DNA of 63,503 nt, the filler included, from Choristocarpus tenellus KU-1152 (lineage: Eukaryota; Protista; Phaeophyceae): NCBI GenBank assembly GCA_964200185.2. It is 13 parts of 13 records of this genome, joined end to end, with 100 filler letters (N's around TTAATTAATTAA, not from the genome) between each part and the next. Parts side by side here need not be neighbours in the genome. Positions count along the whole stretch, not along the records: positions 36,123 to 41,590 come from CAXNAD020010689.1; positions 41,691 to 44,973 come from CAXNAD020021053.1; positions 45,074 to 56,215 come from CAXNAD020002485.1; 10 more parts are not named here. One strand, 5' to 3'. The notes beneath the pieces were generated by a model. It did no database searches and was not told where the DNA came from. It was given only the letters and a program-made list of their open reading frames with translations. Position numbers and translations under genes: made by a program. The stretch's first letter is position 1; the number at the start of each line of letters is the position of its first letter. This document shows, one piece after another, positions 39,069 through 50,454 of the stretch.

Positions 39069-39365
39069 CTACTTTCCGTCCGTCTTTCTTGGAGGTTTGA
39101 ACTGCAGTAGTGCCTGTGCCTCTTCGTACACCAGCGCCCCACGCTTGTACCTATTTCGCAAAGCGTTTTTTCAGAAGTATCCATGGAATACATAGACAAG
39201 AAGAAGCGCGCACAATAGAAAAATAATAATAGGTATAATAATAATAGGTGTAGGGCAGGAAAGGGGGGGGGGAAAGAGAGAAAAATATATATAATGATAT
39301 GGTGAATTGAAATCCCCGCAACTCTATGTGTGTGTGTGTATATATGTGTGTGTGTGTGTGTGTGA

Positions 39366-39402
<37 letters not shown>

Positions 39403-41330
39403 AGTACGTTAGAGGGTACGAGTTTGGCCCTGTTTGTCCATTTGGGGCTTGGCTTCCCATGGGTTTTATGGTGACATTTTCCTACTCCGAAATGTTCAGG
39501 AGTAGGTAAAGTGTGTATGTTATGAAAAGGTGTGTCTGGAACATGGATATTGACACTTCCTAACAAACACAATAGCCAAAATTACACCGAAATCGCAACT
39601 TTGGATTTTTAACCCCCAAATGGACGCGGCTCTACCCTCTAAGATACTTTTGCTCATGTGGCGTTGAACCAGTAGAGCGCATTAGCCATGCAGCATCCCA
39701 GACCCTTCAGAAAGCCAGCACCGCTACAATTTTAAGTTAGGACATTAGCAGAAAGCGAGAAGGCTCCACCCACCTCTACTACTTCCCTAGGATCGTTGAG
39801 AACCCCCTCTACTAACAAACGTTCCACCAAACGATCGTGCCCATTAAACCCTGTACAACATTCAGACGTCCGCCCTCCTGACCCAAAGTATCTGGGAGGA
39901 AGGGGGGGGTCTACAACATGGTGCCCATTTGGGTCAAAATCAGGAAAAGTGCATTTACAGTAACCATCCGACTAATGCAATCAAATCACTCAAAAATCGC
40001 GACATGGAAAAATTTACCCCAATTGGACAGCCGCCACCCCCTCACAGATACTTTGAGCCTCTTCTCAGCCGCGCACGCAACTTGGGCCCCACCTGAAGGT
40101 CCCTCTTGCGAGTCGAGCTGCTGCCACCCGCATCTCTTCACGGAAAGTCTGCCTCTTTTCCTCCAGAGCGTCCCATGCCCTCCCCTCAGCCTCTTCCTTC
40201 TCCATCTCCTTCCCCCTCCGAGCCTGCTCTTTGATCTGCACCCTGAGGTTCTCTACAAGCTTGCTCTCGGCATTGGACTTGCGATCGTCTTCTCTCCATC
40301 TTGCTCGGGTGGGTCGTGTGTGAGTGAGTGTTTGTGTGCGTGTGGTTTTATTTATTATAATAGTTGGCGTTAATAAAAAAGAAAAAGTTTGTACGTGCAA
40401 GTAGTCTGTGCGTCTCCAGCACGGAGGAGGGGGGGGGAGGTGTGAACACCTCAAAATTTTCATGCCGTAGATTTCGCGGGTGATCTCTTTACGTATGCTG
40501 ATTAGGTTACAGAGGGGATTTTGGAACAGTTATGATAGGTCCATGAGTGTTGTTGGTGGTGTAGACCCCTCTCCCCCCGCCAGATACTTTGAGCTACATC
40601 GATGTAGTATTTTATTGTTTTTACTAGTACTATTAATACTGTAGTAGTAGTGGTAGTAGTAATATAGAAGTAGTAGTAGTAGTAGTAGCAGCAGCAGTAA
40701 CATTCCGAGTGGTATTGACAGTGATATGATCTGATGTGTGTGACTATGACAAAGGGAGCACTGCTGAGAGGTGTTGCGGCCACAGGAACATACCAGGTAC
40801 TCCAGGGCAGTACTCAGTAGTCAACAAGAGCATAGCAAGAAACAAAACCTCTGGTCATACTTGGATCTGAAAGAGTTGAAGTTGCCTACAACTTGGTGGC
40901 AATTCAGGAGAGGAGTAGCAATCGGATTGGGATATATCACTTTGCGTATCCGACACAGGTCGCTTTATGCAGCCATGCACGGAGGGGGAAACCTCCCCAT
41001 GTGACAAAAGGTGTTGTGTCAGATCGGCATCATGAGAAGCAGAGGGGGATGTTGGTTCTTTGGATTTATCAGCCTGATTGTGTTGTAAATGGGGACAAGC
41101 TTGCGAAAAAGTCACCTCAAAGTCGGGTCTGTGTGTACAGAGCTAGCAGGAAAAATAAATCACCCTCCTCTCACTTTTGAATCCTCGCCATCTCCTCGCT
41201 ATGCCTGAGTGCCTTGGCCGCCTCTTCCTCTCTCCGACGCTTCATGACGACGCGTCTGGCCTTTTTCTGCCTTTTCAACTCTATAGCAACATTGACCTTC
41301 CTGCACGCCTCCATATATTCTTCCCTTCTC
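39069..41330 (-). CDS. Charged coiled-coil protein of unknown function, last three exons
   Basis: Exons 41330-41175, 40299-40093 and 39150-39069 join in phase 2/2: RREEYMEACRKVNVAIELKRQKKARR...EMARIQKWREDDRKSNAESKLVENLRVQIKEQ...RLARGTFRYKRGALVYEEAQALLQFKPPRKTDGK*. Confidence 0.72.
39396..39655 (+). mobile_element. MITE family B copy (intronic)
   Basis: GAGTGAAAGTACGTTAGAGGGTACGAG ... CTCTACCCTCTAAGATACTTTTGCTC, ~260 bp, homologous to the copies at 26487 and 60998. Confidence 0.88.
39880..40059 (+). mobile_element. MITE family A copy (intronic)
   Basis: GACCCAAAGTATCTGGG ... CCCTCACAGATACTTTGAGCC; flanks CCT/TCT. Confidence 0.88.
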
Positions 41331-41546
41331 CTTTCATTTTCGGTTTCGTGGTAGAAAATTTGGGTTAGGGTAAGGATTAGGGCTAGGGTTAGGGTATGGG
41401 TAACTGGTGAATGGGGAAAGAAAATGGGGGGGGGGAGGCAAGAAGGAAGATGCAATGAATTGTGTACTGACTTCTCAGTATCATCCAGCAAGGAGGACAG
41501 AAGGGAGGGAAAGAGGATGGAGCTAGTGAAGTGGAGACATAGAAAA

Positions 41547-41764
41547 GACCCAAAGTATCTGGGGGGGGGGGGGTCTACACCAGGGTGTCCNNNNNNNNNN
41601 NNNNNNNNNNNNNNNNNNNNNNNNNNNNNNNNNNTTAATTAATTAANNNNNNNNNNNNNNNNNNNNNNNNNNNNNNNNNNNNNNNNNNNNATGCACTTTT
41701 CCTGATTTTGGTCCAAATGGACACCCTGGTGTAGAACCCCCCCCCCTCCCAGATACTTTGGGTC
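41547..41764. mobile_element. Two truncated MITE family A ends on either side of a linker
   Basis: 41547-41590 (plus) and 41691-41764 (minus) are both the GTCTACACCAGGGTGTCC end, so they are two different copies at contig breaks. Further partial ends at ~11370, 22178, 40555-40594, 44950, ~56470 and 63473. Confidence 0.75.
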
Positions 41765-42380
41765 TATCCCACCGAGAGTTTGACGGTTGGATTCCGAGGT
41801 GAACCTCTGGTGTTGACCAGGCAGGATCGTGAATGTGTTATCCAGGTGGTTGTGTTCGATGTCTGTGAAGTCTGGTATGATGATAGCCTGAAGGGGCACG
41901 ACGCAGGGACCCGTTTGTGCGCCCTGCATCACCACAAACATATTCGTTGCGGGGGCTGTGTTGGTGTGTAGGACCACTGGAAGGTGTTTGCGCGTTATGG
42001 CCTGGTTTGGTTCTATAGGGGTATTGTTGATTTTTTTAAGAAATGGATAGTTTTATGTATGGTAGAGGATGCACTTAGGCAGCTGAATGAACGAATGGGA
42101 TGCGCCTATTTGCCCTACGTAAGTTGTGAAATATTATGTTAAAGGTGTCAGTGGCTGTTGCAGACTGGGAGAACAAAATCCCACTGATTTGGATGTCAGG
42201 ATTGGATGTTATGGGAGGAAATCTATCTTGATTAGAGGGGATGTAAGGGGATATGTGACATCTGTGTCTGTATATGGACAGGGTGGAATAATTCGTGTGG
42301 GGCATTGTTCCCTTAGAAGCAATAAGAAGCGTTACTCACCTTGTCCGTCCATGACATGTGAATAGTTTGCACTCCACCAA

Positions 42381-42817
42381 GAGTGAAAACATCATAGAGG
42401 GTACGAGTTTTTCCAGTTTGTCCATTTGGGGCTTAACTAACTGCCCAAATGTTGTTAATGGCATTTTACCTACTCCAAAAATAATTTTTGGTCTCAATTC
42501 TTTACTATTCACATATTACTATTTACCTATCATCTTTTTAATCATGACGATTTGGCAGTGTGAGAGCTGATTCGGAATCACATGGCAATACAGACTGCAG
42601 CTGTGTGTGTCCAAAGTTAGAATGTTGTGCAACCTCTTGACAGAAGAGTAAAAATATTTCAGAGTAGGTAAAATGCATACGTTATGAAAAGGAGTGTCTG
42701 GAACAAGGACATTGACATCTCCTAAAAAAGACGATAGCCAAGATTACAATAAAATTGCAACATTGGATTTTGGGCCCCAAAATGGACGCAGCTCTACCCT
42801 CCAAGATACTTTGGCTC
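42381..42817 (+). mobile_element. MITE family B copy with ~180-bp internal insertion, inserted in the transposase exon
   Basis: Family B termini; flanks CCAA/TCAA; foreign segment ~42485-42655. Confidence 0.82.
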
Positions 42818-43539
42818 TCAACGAACTAGCACTCAGCACCTCGAAGTCTTCAGTGACAAAGATGACCTCATCTCCAGCACTGAACGTCCCTCCGTAGCTG
42901 GAGTGGTGTCTGGCGTTCCATTGAATTGTGTCCTTGCGGTGGACAATGAACGGCAAGAACTCTATACCATTGTACTCCGACAGCTGCGTCCGCACAATGC
43001 ATATGTTCCCCTCGGCCAGCGGTCTCTTCTTCCTCAACAGCTGACATCTCAGATACATATCGCCCATTCCCGTTTCCATGAAAAATCCGAGGTCTATCTC
43101 CATAAGTGGGGGCACGTTGGTCAGTTGCCACCTGCATTGGGCCAGGTTGCCGATGGAACAGTTCGTACAATAGCATGACAGTTCGGTGCATATCAACGTA
43201 CGGGAGCCTCCGGATGTGAGCCGACCAGTGAAGAACCTGTGCATGGACTTGATTCCACTGAGGCTTGGGACACGTGGGTCGTGTCGTCCCACACAGTCAA
43301 TCTTGTAAGACGGAAGGTGGACTGCCTCCTTTGTGTGGAATGTGTCAATATATAGAAGTTTTGTATACGTGTTACTGTGCTGTCTGCCATCCCTGTCTGT
43401 CCAATCCTAAGGGTTGTGGTGATTGTGCGTATAAGGGAAGGGATGGTACGTGTTGGAGTCAGTGTCGGCACTGAGGCAGTATGCTGTGACCGATTCTATG
43501 TGATGACATTTTCTTTGTAGTGATAGGTGCTACCTATTG

Positions 43540-44480
43540 CTGTAACGAGTGTTTGGTAATGACGGGTGGCAGTGTGTGAGGAAACCCCAAAACTTGGAGT
43601 TTTTTGTTATTTTGCCGATTGACAAACTTCTGAAAAACAGAGGGCGATGGTTGCAGGTGTGTACGGATTTGTGTGGTCGATTAAGAAGTGTGTACGAGCA
43701 ATCATATTGTGATTTGTGTTGTCGGGATGAAGGGAAAGCACGGATGTGACATAATGGGTCGACGAAATCTATTGCCTTGGTGAAATATATGGGTTAGCAA
43801 GGAGCGGGAGGGTGTGCACAGAGTGTCGCGAGTTGTAAACAGGGATTAATTATTGTGAGTGGGGAAAATCATACATGTGGTACATGTGATATCTATTCCT
43901 GTAGCAAGCTATGGATATATGGCTGACATTGTTACGTGAAAAGAAACAAACACTTGGAGTTTTGGGTTAGTTTACCAATTGGAAGAGTCATTCTAAATCG
44001 AGGGCAATGGTTGCAAGTGTGCACGGACGATGTGCAGTCGATAAATAAATGCGTATGTGCGATTATCATGTGACTTGTGGTGTCGACGCGAAGGAAGGCA
44101 CAGATGTGACATAATGGGTCAACGATATCTATTGCGTGTTTAGTGTATGAGTTATCAAGGGGTGGGAGGGTGCAGACTGATGCGAGTGGCAAGGAGGGAT
44201 CAGGTCCTGGGGGCGGGGAGAATCGTGCATGTAGTGTATGTGATATATGTTCCTGCAACAAGTGATGGGTATATGGTCGACGTTGGCACTGGATAGAAAA
44301 GAGGAACTTGGAATTTTGCGCGAGTTTGCCGATTGGCAGACTTGTACAAAATAGGCGGCGATAGTTGTAAGTGTGTATAGACTATCTGTGCAATCATTTC
44401 ATAAGTGCATTGTGTTATCTTGACGCTGCGCATTGTGTCGGTGCGAAGGGAGTGACGGATGTGGCATAAGCTCGAATGGT
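43540..44480. repeat. Degenerate tandem repeat, ~355-360 bp period, ~2.6 copies, inside the transposase intron
   Basis: ACTTGGA(G/A)TTTT recurs at ~43592, 43952 and 44306; GATGTG(A/G)CATAA recurs at ~43743, 44103 and 44458. Confidence 0.8.
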
Positions 44481-45073
44481 ATGTGTTGAGTGTTAGTTGC
44501 TTATGTGGGCAAGGGAGGTGCGTGTTGGGGTTGTCACAGTGGCAAACAGAGGTCGAACGTTGTAAGTGGGGGGGATCTTCATATGGAGAGTGCCTACCTT
44601 TGTGACGATTGTCTGCCCTGGAGGAACCTTGTGACCTTTGCGGTAGTGCCACTCTTCCTCTGGTGTCGGATCCCTCAAGGTGTACTGAGTTTTGTTTACC
44701 TTGATTGTATCCATTAGGGATGAGGTTCCTGGCATGCGCACTCCGTGTAGTTCCAGTCTCCTGGCAGCAGACTTCACCACATCCCCGACTCCATCGGACA
44801 AGGACTTGCCGTGCCAGGAGGCAAAGAAGTTGTGTACTACGGAAATTCCCGTCTGCACTAAGGACTGAGAAACCCACCACATGTGCCATCTGTTCTTGAA
44901 TTGGCTCCCGCAGCCATCGGACCAGATATGGAGGACTTCTAGAGTCCGTGACTCAAAGTATCTGGGAGGGGGTNNNNNNNNNNNNNNNNNNNNNNNNNNN
45001 NNNNNNNNNNNNNNNNNTTAATTAATTAANNNNNNNNNNNNNNNNNNNNNNNNNNNNNNNNNNNNNNNNNNNN

Positions 45074-45200
45074 AACATTTAACATTTTACCTACTTCGAA
45101 ACATTTCGGAGTAGGTAAATTGTCACAAAGAATCTGTGGCAAGCCACGACCCAAATGGACAAACAGGGCAAAATTCCTACCCTCTGAGATACTTTCACTC
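45074..45200 (-). mobile_element. MITE family B partial copy
   Basis: Ends ...CCTACCCTCTGAGATACTTTCACTC; truncated by gap. Confidence 0.8.
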
Positions 45201-45629
45201 AAATACAATGCTTGAGCAGCACCAGGATGGGAGACTACAACATGATGGGCTGGGTAGAAGGATGGGCTATGCCATGAGGGGTGGATGTAAGTACTTGCCT
45301 GTTTGTCCAAGAGTTGATCGAGCTGGACATAAAAGCTCTCTCTATCTATGCGTATGTCTGTGTGTACCTGTGTGTGGGGTTTAGACGCATTCGAAATGGT
45401 TAACAAGTACTAGGGAATTCTAAATCTAGTACTTCGAAGTAAGAAGGCGTTGAAGTACTATTGTCACTCGCTGTTTGAGATCAATACTTGAAAATCATCG
45501 TACTAATAATAGGTACTATATTTACTATTCTTCAACCATGGTAGTACTACGTACAGCATTATTGTACAAATATAAATATATTTGTACTAAACACCCGTTT
45601 TCGTAAAACCGGAACTGGTCGATATTTGG

Positions 45630-45900
45630 TTTTCATTTTTTCTTCCCCCTGCCTGGTACAACTCCAAAATTTCAGAGGGGATAATAATATATGTATTATT
45701 ATTATGCCCTCTGACATTTTGCAGATGTGTCAGGGGGGAAACCAATGACATATATCATTTGAAGCTATCATAGTTACACCATCCCACATCCCTCCTACCC
45801 TTACCTCTCTCTGTGCTCTAGAATAAAACACACACAAACTACAGTATAATATTATGCCCACTACTGACATTATGCAGATAGATGTGCCAGGGAAGGGAAA
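45630..45900. repeat. Short dispersed/inverted motif family (CCCTCTGACATTTTGCAGATGTGTCAGGGG)
   Basis: Inverted pair at 45633-45750, a third copy at ~45848-45900, and further copies at 35271-35322 (minus) and ~33876-33912. Confidence 0.7.
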
Positions 45901-46403
45901 AGTCAAAATTAAAGGCTACAAAAATATACTTTTGATATAAAAGTGGTCGCTTTTAAGCTTCTTTCAATTTGAAACACATTACCCTTACTAAGACAGTGGG
46001 CTGTGCAAATACAGGTACTACTTGTTGCAGGACCTTCACAAGTCATTTCCCGCAACCACATGAGGAAAGAAGGGCCAAGAGGATATTGTAGGAAAGGGGC
46101 TGTCAAATCCCGTTTGAGGTAGTGTCCTTCACTGCACAAGGGACTCTCTGGAGACACTTCAAGCACTTCAAGTTAGAGACACCAGGCAGATAGCAAGAAG
46201 GGGTCTGTCAGATTCCTGGGGTATGCCCTTACTCTACGCCCGCCTTTCTAGGGCTTAGGCATTAGAAGTGTAGTAGTAAGTAGTGTACACATCAATTTGC
46301 AGTTACAAACCTTAACACTTTAGGGAGTATATTTCTAGTTTATTTTGAAATGGTAAGTATTTTTGACAGGTGTGTCATTTGAAATAATAACTGTGCCAGG
46401 GAC

Positions 46404-46755
46404 AGGTCACCTTTTTTTAAATCTCTGACATTGATGAGGATAATACGTGCGGTCATATTATACATTTGCGCACGTCACCTTTTGCGATTGAGGTCGGGGC
46501 AAGTGATGTGGTACGGGTAAGACGCACAACTGGTACGTGGAAACCTGACATGAACGGTGGATTCAAACCAGCAAAGCCGAGATTGTGTGTTTTCTGTTCT
46601 GACTGGTCACAACAAATCACATTGAAGATTAATGCACATGGCACTCTGAGGTTGTCACCATGCACCCAGCATGTCTCAGTATCATCTTTCACTTGCTTTG
46701 TGAATCTCATGTCTGGTGGTTCTCATCACCCCCCATCACAAAGAACCAGGTCCCA
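46404..46755 (-). repeat. Dispersed ~350-bp repeat (family D), copy 2
   Basis: Reverse-complement homologue of 32856-33201. Confidence 0.85.
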
Positions 46756-47758
46756 TTACAGGTGTAATATTTACAACATTTTGGAGTTGTGATGTAGTTG
46801 TGGTTTTTCCCTCACATATGATATCTACAAAATGTTTCGACGAAGGGATAACGAAAAGGAGGAGAAATCTATTTTTGGGCGTCAAGAAATCGGGTGTAAG
46901 AAGACTCAAATCCTGTTCCATCATATTGTAAATTGCAAACGATTTCACCGTCAAAAAGGGGGTTTGTGTGATGTAAATACTTCAAGAAATGTAGGGATGA
47001 GGAAGAAGGCAGAACAGAAGCGACATCACATCTGATGCTGTAATTAAATTTTCGAAGTTGAAAGTCTGTAAGAATAGAGTTTATATCTATGATTTCAGAA
47101 CCTGATGGACCAGTTAAAAAAAACTATACGAACGTTCAAGGGACAACATTTGAGGTATAATAGTGAACTTTACTATACATTTTTGAAGTATCATAATTAC
47201 CTCAATATATACCACTTCCAACATAAAATGTTTCCCATAAAGTGAATAAATCCGTGCATTGGTGCATTAGTGTTTCATAAAACAAAAATACATCTTGATG
47301 GAAGGTTAAGAGTGATTTCCAGAGAGTCGGATTTTTCAAGTAGGAGGACTTGGTATATTTGGAGTAAGACTTCGGTTCGTTTTTTACTTTCGGGCAATAG
47401 GAGATCGATAAGATTGAATTAACAATTAGCAGCGAATCGTCCTCTCTTTTCGATCTCAGATCCGTGATTATACTTGAGAGAGGGTTTACAGGGACAACAC
47501 AGGGGATTCTAACCAACAACCACAATCTTCGATCCCCAGTTGTGTTGAGTGAGGGATAGAATCGCGACCCGATTCTTCTGAACTCACATTGAAAGGAAGT
47601 TCATCTCGGTCTTCTTTTCACTGCCAACATCGCTGGTCGAAGGGCATGGAGTTCGCTCAGAGCTTTTGGTTGTGCCCTTGACTGAGACGTGGATCAATTC
47701 GGGGAGACGTGTGAAGTTGGGGAGAGAGTGGAAATATTTCTGGTAGATTTAAGTGTCG

Positions 47759-50454
47759 ATGAAAAATGCAGTGGAGTCGTCTGCCGATAGGGCACGAGGA
47801 AACCTAAGAGCCCTATGCCTTGTTAATGGGTTCGAGCCGCCTCCTGCTCCGAGTCCGCTCATTTCTACGAGAAATCTCGTTCCTGAGCTCAGTACCTCTG
47901 TTGTAAAACTGGATAGATTGGGACAAGGTGAGGAGAAAGATAGCATGTTCTACTAGAGGTTTTGACATGGTGTTACGTATTAGTGGACAAGATATTTGTG
48001 GTAGGAGAATCAATACCCCAAGTTGATGGTATGGTTGTTCACAATTGGTTGATTCGAACTGGTTTCCTTTCCCCACTATTTATCAGGAGCCACAAGCTGT
48101 GTATTTAGAGCTGTTCATGCTGCTACCATGAGAATGGTTGCGCTGAAGGAGGTATCGGTTTCCAGTGACGATGACCGGCGAGTTGTGAGGAGTGAGGTGC
48201 AAGCTCTGCGTACGCAGCGTTCTCCTTTGATGGATAACAACTTTACAGCTGAGGTGGCGGGCTGCCCTCGCATTGTCGAATATTATGGAAGCGTAGTGCG
48301 AGAAAATGGAAATGCCTGCATTGCGGTGGAGTATGTTGCGGGGGGTAGCCTACAAAGCTGGACTGACAATGGGCGTCAGTGCCCTGAGCCGTGGGTAGCC
48401 AATTTGGCGTACCAAGCACTGGAGGTAAGCGTCAATAGAGACGTTTGCAAATTATGAAAAAATATAACTTTAGGGGTGTTTGCCTTTTGACTGAACCCCA
48501 TTGGCCATTCCATTTCCTCCGTGCAAAGATGTAGTGGATTTCCTAGTGTGATTCTACAATGTGACAAGGGGCATTTTGTCGAGGGCGTGCTTGTGCTGGT
48601 GCAAAATCTTGTTTACGTGTGTGTGCCAAGTGGAGAGGACTGGGGTGCACGCCTACGCTCCGTGTGTGCCCTTCTCTTTCAAGGTTGGAGTGCATTAAGT
48701 AGGCGCAAAATCGAATGTTGACTTGAAGATTGGGATCTACCTTTTGATATCATCCCTTCTTATTGGCGAAGCCCCCCCATCTTGCTGATGTTTATGTTTG
48801 TATATTGCAGGCTCTGATTTTCCTGCACTCGCTTGGGCGAGTGCATCGAGATGTGAAGCCAGCGAATCTGCTTATCACTAGTAAGGGAGATCTCAAGTTA
48901 GCAGATTTCGGGGTAGCTGGGGAGGAGAACTGTGAAAGTATGGTGGGCACGCGGCGTTTTATGGCGCCAGAGAGATTGAAGGGTGACCCTGTCACAGGGC
49001 AGTCAGACCTTTGGTCACTTGGTCTTTCCCTGGCCACTGCCGCCATGGGAGAGAGCCCTGTATCGCAGGCCTATAACGAATTTGAGCAGCTTCTTCTGGC
49101 AGAGCATGCTCAGCAGACAATAACTGCTTCGCCCTCTCTATCACCTACCTTGACAAATTTCCTAAAACTATGCCTGTCCCCAAACCCTGAGGAACGACCC
49201 AGCCCTTCAGAGCTCATGCGTCACCCATTCTTGGCTCTCCGCCATGACTGGGAGCAGAAATGCCCCCAGGTGACCCGTACCATACAGAATCAAACAGAAC
49301 TCCAGGGCTCCTTGAGTTCTCTAAGCCCAGCAGCAGTGGTGGAGGCAGTCATCCGGGCACGTATGGAGGACAATCTCCATGACCAGCGACTTGATGTGGC
49401 CATGTGTGAAGACTTGGCTGGTGAACTTGGTATGGACCCCCACCAGCTCCTTGCCATGCTTGAACGGGGTATCCGCAGCGGTAGCACAAATGTCCTCAAC
49501 CCAGGGGACTTGGGCGGTGATGACTCAAGCTACTTATCTCCAACTACAGGCTGTCTTGCAGCACCAGTCTCAAGTGTGAGCGAAAGGGGAGAAAGCATGG
49601 TGGCGGTCAGAGGTGTGCACCAGAAAGAAGGTGGCTGTTGTGAAGGGGGAAATAGTGAGATAGCGATGATGGGCCGAACTGGAAATCATTTAAGTGATGA
49701 AATAGTTGACACACAAACAAAACTTGGCTTTGACACACCGATGAAGAGTCGAAATGTAGTCCAGGCAAGCCTTCTTAACAGTATTTTTCACGTGGCTGAC
49801 CGTCTCAAGGCAGAAATTCCTGTCCAGCAGCGCATCCACCGCATGCGTGTGTACCCTGAATGCTTTACGGGCTCTGATGCTGTGAGGTGGATGATGGAGG
49901 AGGGTCTAGCACGCAATGTGCCAGAGGCAATCTCCATGGGGAATGAGATGATGAAGGCGGGCATCTTCGAGCATATTTGCAATGAACACATCTTTGAAAA
50001 CTTGTGCATATATTACCAGTTTACTGATGGGAAGAGTGCACCAGAGATGGAGGGAGGTATGCGAAACATTGGCAAGATTGCACGGGTAGTTGGGAGAAAA
50101 GTGGTGTGTGCACTCTCTCCAGGCAGCAATCGCAGAGGGTCATCCTCGTATGAGTTCCACACCCGCCCTGGGGGCTTCTGGGGAGGCTCAAAAAGCCGTA
50201 AGAATACTCCCTCTAGGGACGAGAGATGCCCTCCTCGAGGGCCTTTCCGACGAAGGGGCGAACAGGGAGTCTCAAGCAGTACAGGGCGAATTGGTCTGAG
50301 GGCAGGGGCTTCAGGCAGGGGTATCCTGCCTCCACAAAGCCGCAAACATGAAGGCATTGTTGTTGCTAGTCTGCAGGGTTTGGATGCAGCATCTCATATT
50401 GACAGAGGGAGCAGTGCCACAAGTAGTGTAACAATACCAGAAACTCCATTGTAA
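47759..50454 (+). CDS. STE7/MAP2K-like Ser/Thr kinase with C-terminal DEP domain (~716 aa, 3 exons, complete)
   Basis: Exons 47759-47927, 48087-48424 and 48811-50454 (GT-AG, phases 1 and 0). Motifs LGQGATSCV, VALK, HRDVKPAN, DFG, VGTRRFMAPERL, SDLWSLGLSL. DEP-like segment at ~49816-50024: RIHRMRVYPECFTGSDAVRWMM...EAISMGNEMMKAGIFEHI...FEN...YYQF. Confidence 0.93.

Larger units (their letters stand above)
41765..44949 (-). mobile_element. Intron-containing DNA transposase relic, Sola2-like
   Basis: LHIWSDGCGSQFKNRWHMWW...HNFFASWHGKSLSDGVGDVVKSAARR (exon ~44949-44598), phase-0 intron 44597-43407, then exon 43406-42340 with ...PSLSGIKSMHRF...ELSCYCTNCSIGNLAQC.... The SDGC..Q(F/Y)KN, HGK...DG.G..VK and SCxCxxC motifs are recalled as Sola2-type. 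Disrupted by MITEs. Confidence 0.7.

Noticed and set aside
41691-44973. MITE A ends at both edges as the TIRs of the Sola2-like element
   Set aside because: Both ends face outward (one element ends at 41764, another begins at 44950 inside the coding exon), so they are independent insertions.
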